A DNA stretch of 36,076 nt from Octopus bimaculoides (taxonomy: Eukaryota), in contig NC_068984.1 of assembly GCF_001194135.2 (NCBI RefSeq), positions 143,425,572 to 143,461,647 on the forward strand, in the 5' to 3' direction. Below, piece by piece: positions 12,074 to 21,581 of this stretch. Each line of letters begins with the position of its first letter. Position 1 is the first letter of the stretch. The notes beneath the pieces were generated by a model. It had not been told where the DNA came from. It worked only from the letters and a program-made list of their open reading frames with translations, and ran no database searches. Both the position numbers and the translations under genes were made by a program.

Positions 12074-12335
12074 CTATTCCTGGAAGTATCGTAAGGTTAG
12101 AGACTTCAGGCACCTCTCCAATAGAGTCCTATCAGAATCAACCATTATTACACTTTCCGATTGGGCTCCCAAGCGTGACCAACTAAAACTATGAATATTA
12201 TCGAACCATCTCGTTCTTGGTCTACCCCTGTGTCTCCTGCCGTTTGGCTCGGCTTGAAGAATCCGTCTTGCGATTCTTTCAAATCCCATGCCCGTCGTAA
12301 CGAAGCTGTGACCTCTCTCAGTGCCATACATTGCT
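12074..12335 (-). mobile_element. RTE-like LINE ORF2 C-terminal remnant
   Basis: ORF 12074-12364 contains RIARRILQAEPNGRRHRGRPRTRWFDNI, the typical post-RT G-R-x-x-GRP-x-x-RW-x-D motif. Confidence 0.8.
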
Positions 12336-12630
12336 TCCACATTTAAATACATAATGAGTAGCAATAATTCTTGTTTATTGTGCAGAGGATCGGCAGGCGG
12401 CAGATGGTGTGGACAGCTGGAGGGCGTAACACGCTTTAGTCGTTATCTTTCTTCGCCGGATGGGGTAAACTTTCCCTTCTATCAATGAGGGGGTCAGTAA
12501 CATAAGTGCAGTGGATTGAATCACTCGTTCATAAACACTCCACTAATACCACCAACACCACCACCATCACCACAGTGTGAATTTAAACTAATGTCTGATA
12601 TGTTGTTTATAGTGTTGTGAAATTTTACTC

Positions 12631-12693
<63 letters not shown>

Positions 12694-12694
<1 letters not shown>

Positions 12695-12918
12695 GGGAAA
12701 TGGTGCATGGGCAGAATCGTTAGAGCGTCGGACACATATGCCTTGCTGCATATGTTCCGGCCCTTAACATTCTGAGCTTAGATCTGACTGAGCTGAGGTA
12801 TGCTTTTCATTTTTAGGGACTCGATAACATAAAGTACCAGTCAAGTACTGGGGCCGATACCATCGTTTCACTCCGTTCCCTGAAACTTACTGGGCCTTTT
12901 GCCTAAATCAGAAACCTT
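12694..12918 (+). mobile_element. SINE family A (old, diverged)
   Basis: gggcagaatcgttagagcgtcgg...ttctgag...aagtaccagtcaagtactggggccgat...gggccttttgcctaaatcagaaacc, with a (TTA)n tail. Confidence 0.75.
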
Positions 12919-12941
12919 TATTATTATTATTGTAGTAGTAA

Positions 12942-12997
<56 letters not shown>

Positions 12998-12998
<1 letters not shown>

Positions 12999-13205
12999 GC
13001 GCGCTGGCAGAATCGTTAGCACGCCGGGCGAAATGCTTAGCGGTAGTTCGTCTGCCGCTGCGTTCCGAGTTCAAAATCCACCGGGGTCGACTTTGTCTTT
13101 CATCCTTCCGGGGTCGATAGATTAAGTACCAGTGAAACACTGGAGTCGATGTAAGCGGCTCTACCCCTCCCCCCCAAATCCAGGCCTTGTGCCTATATCA
13201 GAAAG
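12998..13205 (+). mobile_element. SINE family A, full length, flanked by (TAG)n on both sides
   Basis: ggcgcgctggcagaatcgttagcacgccgggcgaaatgcttagcgg...gagttcaaaatcc...ggccttgtgcctatatcagaaag. Confidence 0.9.
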
Positions 13206-13226
13206 TAGTAGTAGTAGTAGTAGATA

Positions 13227-13440
13227 CGGCAGTGAGCTGGTATAATCGTCACACCACGCCGGAAAAAAATTCTGAGCAGTATTTCTTCCTTCACAATCTG
13301 TGTTCAAATGCTGCCGAGGTAGACTTTTCCCTTCATCCTTTCGCTGGCGATAAAATAGATACCAGTTGAATACTGGGTCAATGTAATTGACTAACGCCCT
13401 CCTAAAAATTTCCTGACCTTGTGTCTATAATAGAAAGGGT
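13227..13440 (+). mobile_element. SINE family A (diverged)
   Basis: gagctggtataatcg...gttcaaatgctgccgaggtagac...catcctttcg...accttgtgtctataatagaaag, with a (TAT)n tail. Confidence 0.75.
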
Positions 13441-13759
13441 TATTATTATTATTATTATTATTATTATCATTATTGAAGTTGCTATATGTGATGTTGTGGT
13501 CTTCATACTTTCTTAAAATTTAGATGCAAAAATAAGAACATCTTTGGTTTTTTTTCTTTTGCTCTTTTTGTTTTTTTTTTGTTTTTTTTTTCACCTTACA
13601 CGTAATGAACGCACATTTGAGATTATTACAAAATGAAAGCTGGCAGGCTATAAATTAATTAAGTTGTTTAATATTGCAACCTGTCAGGAGAGTGTGTGTA
13701 GAGATTAAAAATGGCATCCAGATGTATAATAAATAAATAATCAAACAGGTGATAAAAGT

Positions 13760-14150
13760 ATGATGAAGCTTGTTAATTCTGTCTTGATGTATTCTAGGAC
13801 ACGACAGTTTCCTCAAGCCTTGTTCACCATAGTTGTCACTACTTGCTATAGTGGTGGCACAGCCCTCCTAGTTGTAACTAGTAGCCATGGTGTGCTGAAG
13901 ATCAACAATGTTAGGACCGGAAACCTTGGGGATCTGCTGGATATTTTATTTGTAGTTGTTTAACTCCAGATAGACTCTGAACTAGTGAACCTACGATAAA
14001 ATCTATTCCAGCTACGACCAATCTATGTTTTAACGTATGAGTGACTACTTTACCCGATGTATTTTTACTTTCATTTTTCAAGAAGGTGGGGACGAATATA
14101 AGAGAGGTAACTTGGCCGCGAAAGATAGCAGGTCTAGCGTCCATACAGAG
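13760..14150 (-). mobile_element. Possible highly decayed CR1-like reverse-transcriptase remnant
   Basis: Minus frames give LDLLSFAAK ... (about 60 codons) ... DPQG / VLTLLIF ... TIASSD. This loosely follows the order DFAKAFDKV, PQG-VLGPLLF, YADD, but needs several frameshifts. Confidence 0.3.
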
Positions 14151-14732
14151 ATTTCTTTAAAGGGAGTAGAGTTCTGTGAAAATGGCGATTAAGTGTAAAT
14201 CAGACGACTCTACGATGAGGGCGAATGCTTGCACCAAAGTTGTCTGTCTGTCGAAAGGTGGTGGATCCTATGTCTGAGAAATCATGTATCTTTGTTAATG
14301 TGCCGTGTTTATCTCAAATGTTAATATGGTTATTTCAGCTTAAATTACCAGTCTTTGATAATTAGCAGATATTATCACATTTTCGTGGATAAGTTAGATT
14401 ATTAATATTGAAGCAGTCGGTCTGATTTATAGATACGCGCAGGCTCAATTTTTACTGATTATTTATTAATTAATACAGAAGAGGAATTACTGGTAAACAA
14501 TAAGTATAACAAAACATGAGATGTAGCTGGCTCAGTAGGTAGAATGACAGGCTACTTATTGAAGAGTGAAGAGTTCGTTTCTTGTTGCTGACACAGCAAA
14601 TACCGCTTAATTCCTAATGCATTTGATTTTAAACGGTTAATCCCACATGTAAACAGATATCGTAATAGGACTTCTGATCCAGTCTAGTTTTAAATAGATG
14701 TCATCTAGTGGTTCAATTCTTTAGGGCCTCTT

Positions 14733-14887
14733 CTTGCGTGGTAAGGAGTTTGCTTACTAACTACACGGTTTTGGGTTCAGTTCCACTGCGTGGCACGTTG
14801 GGCAACTGTTTTCTAGTATAGACTTGGGCTGACCAAAGCTTTATGAGTGGATTTGGTAACCGGAAACTGAATTAAGCCCGTCGCGTA
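14733..14887 (+). mobile_element. SINE family B, 5' half (ends at gap)
   Basis: gtggtaaggagtttgcttactaactacacgg...gggttcagttccactgcgtggcacgttgggcaac...gaccaaagc...aagcccgtcg. Confidence 0.85.
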
Positions 14888-14987
14888 NNNNNNNNNNNNN
14901 NNNNNNNNNNNNNNNNNNNNNNNNNNNNNNNNNNNNNNNNNNNNNNNNNNNNNNNNNNNNNNNNNNNNNNNNNNNNNNNNNNNNNNN

Positions 14988-15107
14988 TTCAATGGTACTT
15001 AATTTATTGACCCCCGAAAGGATGAAAGGCTAAGTTGAACTCAGCGGAATTTGAACTCAGAACGTAAAGACAGATGGACTTTGCTCGGCGTGCTAACTAT
15101 TCTGCTT
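14988..15107 (-). mobile_element. SINE family A, 5' part
   Basis: ggtacttaatttattgacccccgaaaggatgaaaggc...ggaatttgaactcagaacgtaaagacag...gtgctaac. Confidence 0.85.
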
Positions 15108-15589
15108 TCGATATTCCTTATGTTAAATAATGTAATTGTCTTGGTACTCAGTAACTAGCAAATATAGTTTTGAAACTTTCGTTTTTGTTGTTATTGTTTC
15201 ACACTAGGTAAGCTCTCCTGATGCAAATCTATGAGTAAAGCATTTCATCCACGACAATTTCATTTTTAAACATTGTACCGTGGACTATGTTATCCAATGT
15301 GTTTTCCTTTTTCTAAGATGTTGAAGTGTAGTTCAGGAGAATTTGGCTGACACTTCTAGTAAGTCACATGACCACCCGGAGGGATCCTCGGCTATTGAAC
15401 TATTACTGTTAAAAAGAAAAAAAAATGCTGTTTTGTTGAAATTATTGTTGTAGCCAGTACTAGTCTTCGGTATGAAGTAAAAAGTCTATAGCTTAGGGAG
15501 GTCGTTATAAAGTCCATATTTAGTAATGGTTGTAGTGGGAGTTGTTGATAGGTTAGAGGTCGTGATGATGATGGTGGCAGTTTTAATTT

Positions 15590-15716
15590 TGCAACCACAT
15601 GGTTCCGGGTTCAGTCTTACAGTGCAGTACCCTCGACAAATGTCATCTACTATAGCTCCAGGTCGACCAATGTCTTGTGAGTGAATTTGGTAGATGGAAA
15701 CTGTATGGAAGCTTGT

Positions 15717-15759
<43 letters not shown>

Positions 15760-16302
15760 AGAGAATTCACAAAAAAAAAACAAAAGACGAAGGCAGATGG
15801 TGTAGACAACAAACAGATGTATTAGTATAATGCTCGGGGAGTGAAAAGTCTTTAAAGTTTCGTGCCTACGCTCTTCCACAGAAAGGAATGCAGAAAGAAA
15901 CAAGGAGAGAAAATAAAGAATGTGTACTAGCTAGCGATCTATCTTGGCGAATGCCGGACAGAAGGGTCACACAGGAGAGCTAGGAAGAAGGGGAGATAAT
16001 AAGGTAGTGGTGATCCCAAAACGAAGGCGCGCGTGCGTGTGTATAAGAGAGTATGTAAGCGCGTGTGGAGGAGGGTTGGTGACCTTGACGTGTGTATGTG
16101 TGTTTTTGTGCCTTTGTTTGTCCAGCACCACCACTTGACAATCAGTGTTGGTTTGTTTACGTTCCCTAACCAAAAGAGACCGAAAAAATAAGTACCAGGC
16201 TTTAAAAGTAAAACTAAGTACCGGAGTCGATTTGTTTGACCAAAAACTGTTCAAGGCGGTGCCCCAGCATGGCCGTAGTCCAATGACTGAAACAAGAAAA
16301 AT
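15590..16302 (+). mobile_element. SINE family B split by insertions in its internal microsatellite
   Basis: 5' half at 15590-15720 and 3' half at 16090-16302, with (AT)n and unrelated repeat sequence between them. Confidence 0.8.
15757..15945 (-). mobile_element. Penelope-like terminal relic with a degenerate minimal hammerhead motif
   Basis: Minus strand 15885->15850: cttt-ctgtgga-a-gagc(gtag)gcac-gaa-actt-t-aaag, the same layout as 9031-9065. Abuts (AT)n. Confidence 0.5.
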
Positions 16303-16424
16303 ATAACTGATCAAAGATATCGTGATGTAAATAGGTACCATGAGGTGGGTGAATATACAAAACGACAATAAATATGCGTGAAGTCATCACGTGTCTGTAA
16401 TAAGTCATTAAGTGAGAGATAGAT

Positions 16425-16570
16425 ACGTTCTGAGTTCAAATTCCGCCGAGGTCGACTTTGCCTTTCATCCTTTCGGGGTAGATAAATTAAGTACCAGTGA
16501 AACATTGGGGTCGGTGTAATTGACTGCCCCCTCCCTCAAAATTTTAGCCCATGTGCCTAGAGTAGAAAGG
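16425..16570 (+). mobile_element. SINE family A, 5'-truncated
   Basis: acgttctgagttcaaattccgccgaggtcgactttgcctttcatcctttcgggg...gtgcctagagtagaaag. Confidence 0.9.
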
Positions 16571-16806
16571 AAAGGATTAAGTGAGACAGAGAAATACTGA
16601 ATGGATGACAAAAGACAGCAAATGGTATGAAAGTTATTAAGTAACAGTAAATACGTCAGTTATATGGGGTAAGTAGATAGTAAGGTCTGATAAATGTATT
16701 AGATACAGTTGACTAATTTTATATTACTGTACTATATCGTGTTACTCAGATAGCAATTTTTGCAATAGCTTTCAAATAGTGTAAAAATCCGGGAGGAGAA
16801 GGAAAG

Positions 16807-16856
<50 letters not shown>

Positions 16857-17367
16857 TAAATGACAGAGTTTGATGATCTATGAATTTTTTCCGTTATTTT
16901 TCACAAGAGCCAAGAAATTCGATAACTAAATTACAATTCTTGCATGAATGCCATATTTTCTATTATCTTATAACGGATAACAGAAAATTGTTTATATTTT
17001 TAATGCTGTAACCCCACCGGATTGAATGGTACTGCTTAGGTGTCGAAACCATCGTGATATACGCTCGGGCAGCTGATGACGGGAAAACACATGTTCTGCT
17101 CGATTCTTCATTCCTGTAAAGTGGGAATAGTCTGTGGGAATCGCTAATTCTAGCATTTTTAATTTTCTTCATGAATAACCTAACTAGGCTTGGACAAGGG
17201 TTATATACTGCTGTTTAGTTTTGAGAGGTTCTGTGGCATACATATACATACATATATACACGCATACGTGTGTGTGTACGTAGTTTTATATATTTATATG
17301 CGTATGTGTGCGCATGTGTATGTATATATATATATATATAAATACATATATATATATATATATATAT

Positions 17368-17680
17368 AACTTAGATATGTTTCGACCAAAGATTGGTCCA
17401 CTCCATGTCTAAATTAATAGCACCACCTGATAGGATTATCTAAATCTTTTTTAAGTCAAGTTTTCTGGTATCATGGTCCCTTCGAGTAGTTAGATCTCGT
17501 TGAGTGAGTTGTATCCAAGTATAGATGGCTTATCTGATATTCTTTGAAGAAATTTGTCCAGATTCCGTTTAAAAGTAATGGAGTCCTTTTCCTCTTTGAT
17601 CTGTTTTGGGACAATGCTAAATAGGGCAGGGCCTGTTGAGGAAAAGAAATCGTTTGGGCAATGTTGGCGGTATATTCTCC
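17368..17680 (-). mobile_element. CR1-like LINE 3' end
   Basis: Minus strand 17651->17490 is open: DFFSSTGPALFSIVPKQIKEEKDSITFKRNLDKFLQRISDKPSILGYNSLNEI*, matching the GP-x-LFN-x-LP...FK-x-x-LDKFL C-terminal motif of CR1-group ORF2. 3' UTR has a terminal hairpin (gaccaa tct ttggtc). Confidence 0.85.
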
Positions 17681-17694
17681 ATATATATATATAT

Positions 17695-18019
17695 GGAGGC
17701 GCGTGGCTTAGTGGTTAAAGCATTCGGTTCACGGACCATAAGGCCGTGAGTTTAATTCCCGGCGACGCGTTGTGCCCTTGAGCAAGACACTTTATTTCAC
17801 GTTGTTCCTGTCCACACACCTGGCAAAAATGAGTAGTACCTGTATTTCAAAGGGGCCAGCCTTGTCACACTCTGTGTCACGCTGAATCGTCTCCAAGAAC
17901 TATGTTAAGGATAGACGTGTCTATGGAGCGCTGAGCCACTTGCACGTTAATTTCACGAGCAAGCTGTTCTCTTTATCGTTTCAACCGGGACCCTCCTCAC
18001 CGCAACCGATGGATGCTCC
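17695..18019 (+). mobile_element. tRNA-headed CORE-like SINE, family C, full length
   Basis: Box A TGGCTTAGTGG and box B GAGTTTAATTCCC; CORE-like gtgcccttgagcaagacactttatttcac; 3' module shared with 19122-19502. Confidence 0.9.
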
Positions 18020-18321
18020 TCATATATATATACACACACACACACTCATACACATATATAGTCATTGCACGGTGATCGCCATAAGCTTTGAGCTTATATA
18101 AAAATACCATCATTATTATTTACAGGATTGTAAAACACGGCACCGTATAACAAAACCATTCGCACGGAAAGCATATATATATATTTATATATATATATAT
18201 ATGAAACCATCGATGTGAATATGTGTATGTAAAGACTAAATAATATAATGTTTTTCTATTTCATCCATCTTATATGACTGCATTGAATATAACCTTTTTT
18301 TCTATTTTCTTTTCTTTGTAG

Positions 18322-18498
18322 AGTCAAAAGGAGAGATTTGGTGTTACCCTCAACAGCATCGTCAATAGAAATCGCAGCATCCCCATCGTTTCTATTCCAT
18401 CCATCCTCAAGAATTCCTGCAGACCGTCTGACCAATGTCCAGCTTGCTGTCTAGATACGATGTCTGACCTATCCTGGTTGAAGATTTACAGAAATTAA
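18322..18498 (+). CDS. Candidate (unverified) terminal coding exon
   Basis: Strong pyrimidine tract and TAG acceptor (ttttcttttctttgtag) at 18320-18321. Two frames are open: SQKERFGVTLNSIVNRNRSIPIV... (58 aa) or VKRRDLVLPSTASS...TNVQLAV* (stop at 18454). No recognised family. Confidence 0.2.
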   Translation, partial: SQKERFGVTLNSIVNRNRSIPIVSIPSILKNSCRPSDQCPACCLDTMSDLSWLKIYRN

Positions 18499-18553
18499 TC
18501 TTAAGTGATTCTTGGATTATCTTTAGTTTTATTATAATTATTAGATGAATTAC

Positions 18554-18768
18554 GGTGACGAAATGGCAGAATCGTTAGCGAGTCGAACGAAATGCTCAAC
18601 AGCATTTCGTCCGTCTTGAAGTTCGGAGTTCAAATCCTGTTGACGTCAACTTTGTCTTTCATCTTTTCGGGGTTGATAAAATTATAGTACCTGTAAAGTA
18701 CTAGGGTTGATGTAATCGGCATGGCCCCTCCCCTTAAACTAACTGGCCTTGTGCCAAGTTTAGAAGCA
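18554..18768 (+). mobile_element. SINE family A, full length, diverged
   Basis: gaaatggcagaatcgttagcgagtcgaacgaaatgc...ggagttcaaatcc...ggggttgataaa...ggccttgtgccaag. Confidence 0.85.
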
Positions 18769-18774
18769 TAATTA

Positions 18775-18898
18775 AATGAAATGGCAAAATCGTTATAGCA
18801 TCGGATTAATGTACTTAAAGTATCCAGTTATGGTTATTCACGTTGTGGTTTCGAATCCAGCACTAGTCGATTCAGCCTTTCGCCTTTCCTCTCTGCAA

Positions 18899-18930
<32 letters not shown>

Positions 18931-19118
18931 CAGCAACAGCAACAACAATAATAATCTGGCACTGCTCCTATGAAATTTTTACAGGTAATATCTTTGCCGA
19001 ATCGGTAGAGCACCAAACAAAATCTCCTTTGGGGTTTTTAGATACAACCGTGTACGTTCTGAGTTCAATTCTTGCCGTTGTTAGTTTTTCCTTTCCTTCT
19101 GCGGTCGATTATATAAAA
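18775..19118 (+). mobile_element. Two further degenerate family-A 5' fragments separated by (AAT)n/(AAC)n
   Basis: aaatggcaaaatcgttatagcatcgg...ttcgaatcc at 18777-18895, and gccgaatcggtagagcacc...gttctgagttcaattcttgccg at 18996-19118. Confidence 0.55.
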
Positions 19119-19121
19119 AGT

Positions 19122-19502
19122 GGAGGCGCAATGGCCCAGTGGTTAGGGCAGCGGACTCGCGGTAAGAGGATCGCGGTTTCGATTCCCAGGCCGGGTGTTG
19201 TGCATGTTTATTGAGCGAAAACACCTTAAACCTCCACGAGGCTCCGGCAGGGGATGGTGGCGAACCCTGCTGTACTCTTTCACCACAACTTTCTCTCACT
19301 CTTTCTTCCTGTTTCTGTTGTGCCTGTAATTCAAAGGGTCAGCCTTGTCACACTCTGTGTCACGCTGAATCTCCTCCTGAAACTACGTTAAGGGTACACG
19401 TGTCTGTGGAGAGCTCAGCCACTTGCACGTTAATTTCACGAGCAGGCTGTTCCGTTGATCGGATCACTGGAACCCTCGTCGTCGTAACCGACGGAGTGCC
19501 AC
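19122..19502 (+). mobile_element. tRNA-headed SINE, family C variant (long body), young
   Basis: Box A TGGCCCAGTGG and box B GGTTTCGATTCCC. 3' module ttcaaaggg...gccttgtcacactctgtgtcacgctgaatc...gcacgttaatttcacgagca is shared with 17695-18019. Explains ORF 19211-19681. Confidence 0.9.
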
Positions 19503-19839
19503 GTTATATAAAGTATTTGACAAGTACGAGGAAATATAATCGTCAGGAATTATTATGTTATGAAGGCGGTGGATTGAAATATAAGAAATATTGTCTTGTA
19601 ATGGATATTCCAGTCTTTTTAAGCCGTCTGGCCAAATTCCACCAAGGTCTACTTTGCCTCTCATCTCTCCTCGGTAAATAAACTATGAACGCGGTCTTGT
19701 AAATGCATAGGAAATTGCGCATTGAAATTGTGGATTATACTCTCTTGCTCCACCGATCAGGTGTGTGTGTGTGTGTATGAGGGAGAGAGAGAGATCAGTT
19801 CTAAACTGCTTCAGGACAACACACGACTCACTGAAGATA

Positions 19840-19991
19840 ATGAATGCTGAACTGTTGGGACAGGGTTCATGGGGCAAATTCGTCTCAGTCTGCAGTGTAG
19901 GGACTTATCTGTGTCCCCTTTTACTTTGCGTGGTGGTGTTGGTGGAGTGTCAATATATGGAACGGAAGGAAACTGATGATGGTGTGCAGAG
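19840..19991 (+). CDS. Candidate (unverified) first coding exon of a secreted or membrane protein
   Basis: ATG at 19840 gives MNAELLGQGSWGKFVSVCSVGTYLCPLLLCVVVLVECQYMERKETDDGVQ(R). A hydrophobic core precedes VEC|Q; donor-like AG|GTAATA at 19991/19992. A second donor, AG|GTGAGT, lies at 20029/20030. Confidence 0.2.
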
Positions 19992-20371
19992 GTAATAAGT
20001 GGTTCAAAGGTGAGTTTATAGAAGAGTTTCAGTGTAATTTTCATGATCGAAGAATATTAGCCTTGGTCTGGCAACGAGGAAGATAGAGGAGAGAGAGGGG
20101 GAAGAGAGAATGAAAGAGAGATGGCGAAAGAGAGAAAGAGAAAAAAAAAGCGGTGCTATCGTTTTGGTTTGTACTTTTTGTTCATCGCCATCTCAACTAA
20201 GACTATTTGCACGCCACAAATTATTGATTCGACTCCCAGCATATCGATTGTTAGTTNNNNNNNNNNNNNNGTTGTGCGTGAAAACGAATTCGCACAGAAA
20301 CATAATTCTTTGTCTCCTTCGCAGACACAAATAGTGTGTGGGAATTCTGTTGAGAACGTTCCCTCTGCAAG

Positions 20372-20675
20372 AATAATACTGCGCGGATCTGCTAAGTACG
20401 GTAGCGAATACGCGTCATAATACTGTATAGATCCACAGACTACGGTAGCCAGAACACGTCATATCATTACTGCGTTGAGCCACGGACTGACATGGTCAGC
20501 ACTTTTTTTATTGCTGTGTGTGGCCACTGACCACGATACCCAGTACATCGAGTGGATCCAGCGACTACAGACGTCATATTACTGCGTAAATCCACTGAGT
20601 ATGGTAGTCAATAAGCGGCATATTACTGTGTAGTTCCACTGACTACGGTAGCCTCTACGCATCATATTACCGTGT
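20372..20675. repeat. Degenerate 44-bp minisatellite (about 7 units)
   Basis: Unit starts at 20372, 20416, 20460 and at 20575, 20619, 20663. Consensus is roughly CATATTACTGYGTAGATCCACTGACTACGGTAGCCARTACGCGT. Confidence 0.9.
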
Positions 20676-21055
20676 GAAGAGACCGAGACAAAATGCATAA
20701 AAGATTCCTGTCTGTGAATCGGAATATTCCTGCAGGGGTAAACAGTCGAACCTTGGAAGTATATCAGGGAATGTATTCATAGAATATGCGTGAAACATTA
20801 ACAGAAGATCAGATGAAGTTATGTGTTATGGGCAGCAGCAGTAGACGCAGCAGCAGCGGTTGCAATACATCAGTTGCTGTTTAATCTCGGTGATTTATGC
20901 AGTTTATCTGCGTCTTCCACGAACTTATTCCAGACTTTTGCCTCTGCCAGTGGCTATACATCAATTTTGTGTGACATTTCCGGCGGTCAAAAAGAGTGAC
21001 GTCGACATACAAATGCATTTATCCGATCTCGTAGTTCTTACATAGGAGCTTCAAA

Positions 21056-21100
21056 TCTCGTTCTCTCTCGTTCCCTCTCGTTCCCTCTCGTTCCCTCTCC
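21056..21100. repeat. 10-bp tandem repeat (CTCGTTCCCT)n
   Basis: About 4.5 units visible. Confidence 0.85.
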
Positions 21101-21581
21101 CTTTCTCTCTCAAGAGATCTGGCGAAGTTTCCTTCGGAATTATTCCCCAACATTAGACGCAACCCGAGGGGAAATAAATAAATATATATGTATATAAACA
21201 AAGAAAAATGATAGAGAAAAGACTTTTGTGTAGCCGGCTGTCTAGTGGTACCGAAAAAAAAAACATACGTTGAAGAGAAGAAAGCTAGTTGGCAATAGAA
21301 TTAATCATACAGATATTGCTCCCTTGGCACAGATATAAGACGACGGATGTGTTAAGTTAACAATAACTCAACAACATATTATGAGTCATCTTCAGATAAA
21401 CCTTTCCATCAAGCTGACTGTACACACACAGGACAGTTACAGACACATACAGAAAGAACTACATACATACAGTAGCTATAGATATATATATATATAAACA
21501 CGAAAGCTATACACACAGAACACACAGAACAGCAGTTGTACACGTAGGGCAGTTCTACGGAGATGGTTTATATTCGTGTAG

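Noticed and set aside
12379-12490. Plus-strand acceptor followed by GSAGGRWCGQLEG (CUB-like RWCG)
   Set aside because: Only four residues match, the other CUB motifs are missing and there is no good donor.
17073-17110. Exact CUGAUGA followed by GAAA
   Set aside because: Only 3 nt (CGG) separate the two, so no stem II can form, and no stems I or III are evident.
17379-17410. GACCAA-UCU-UUGGUC hairpin followed by GAAAC (minus strand)
   Set aside because: No CUGANGA upstream; better explained as the 3' UTR stem-loop of the CR1-like LINE.
19122-19195. tRNA gene (also at 17695 and other box A/box B heads)
   Set aside because: The heads continue into multi-copy SINE bodies and I could not fold a complete cloverleaf with an acceptor stem; they are SINE promoters.
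20372-20675. CRISPR-like array
   Set aside because: Units are contiguous diverged repeats with no unique spacers, there are no cas genes, and the context is eukaryotic.
21019-21201. ER-repeat peptide apparently using mixed codons
   Set aside because: Produced by a 10-bp tandem repeat that shifts frame with each unit.
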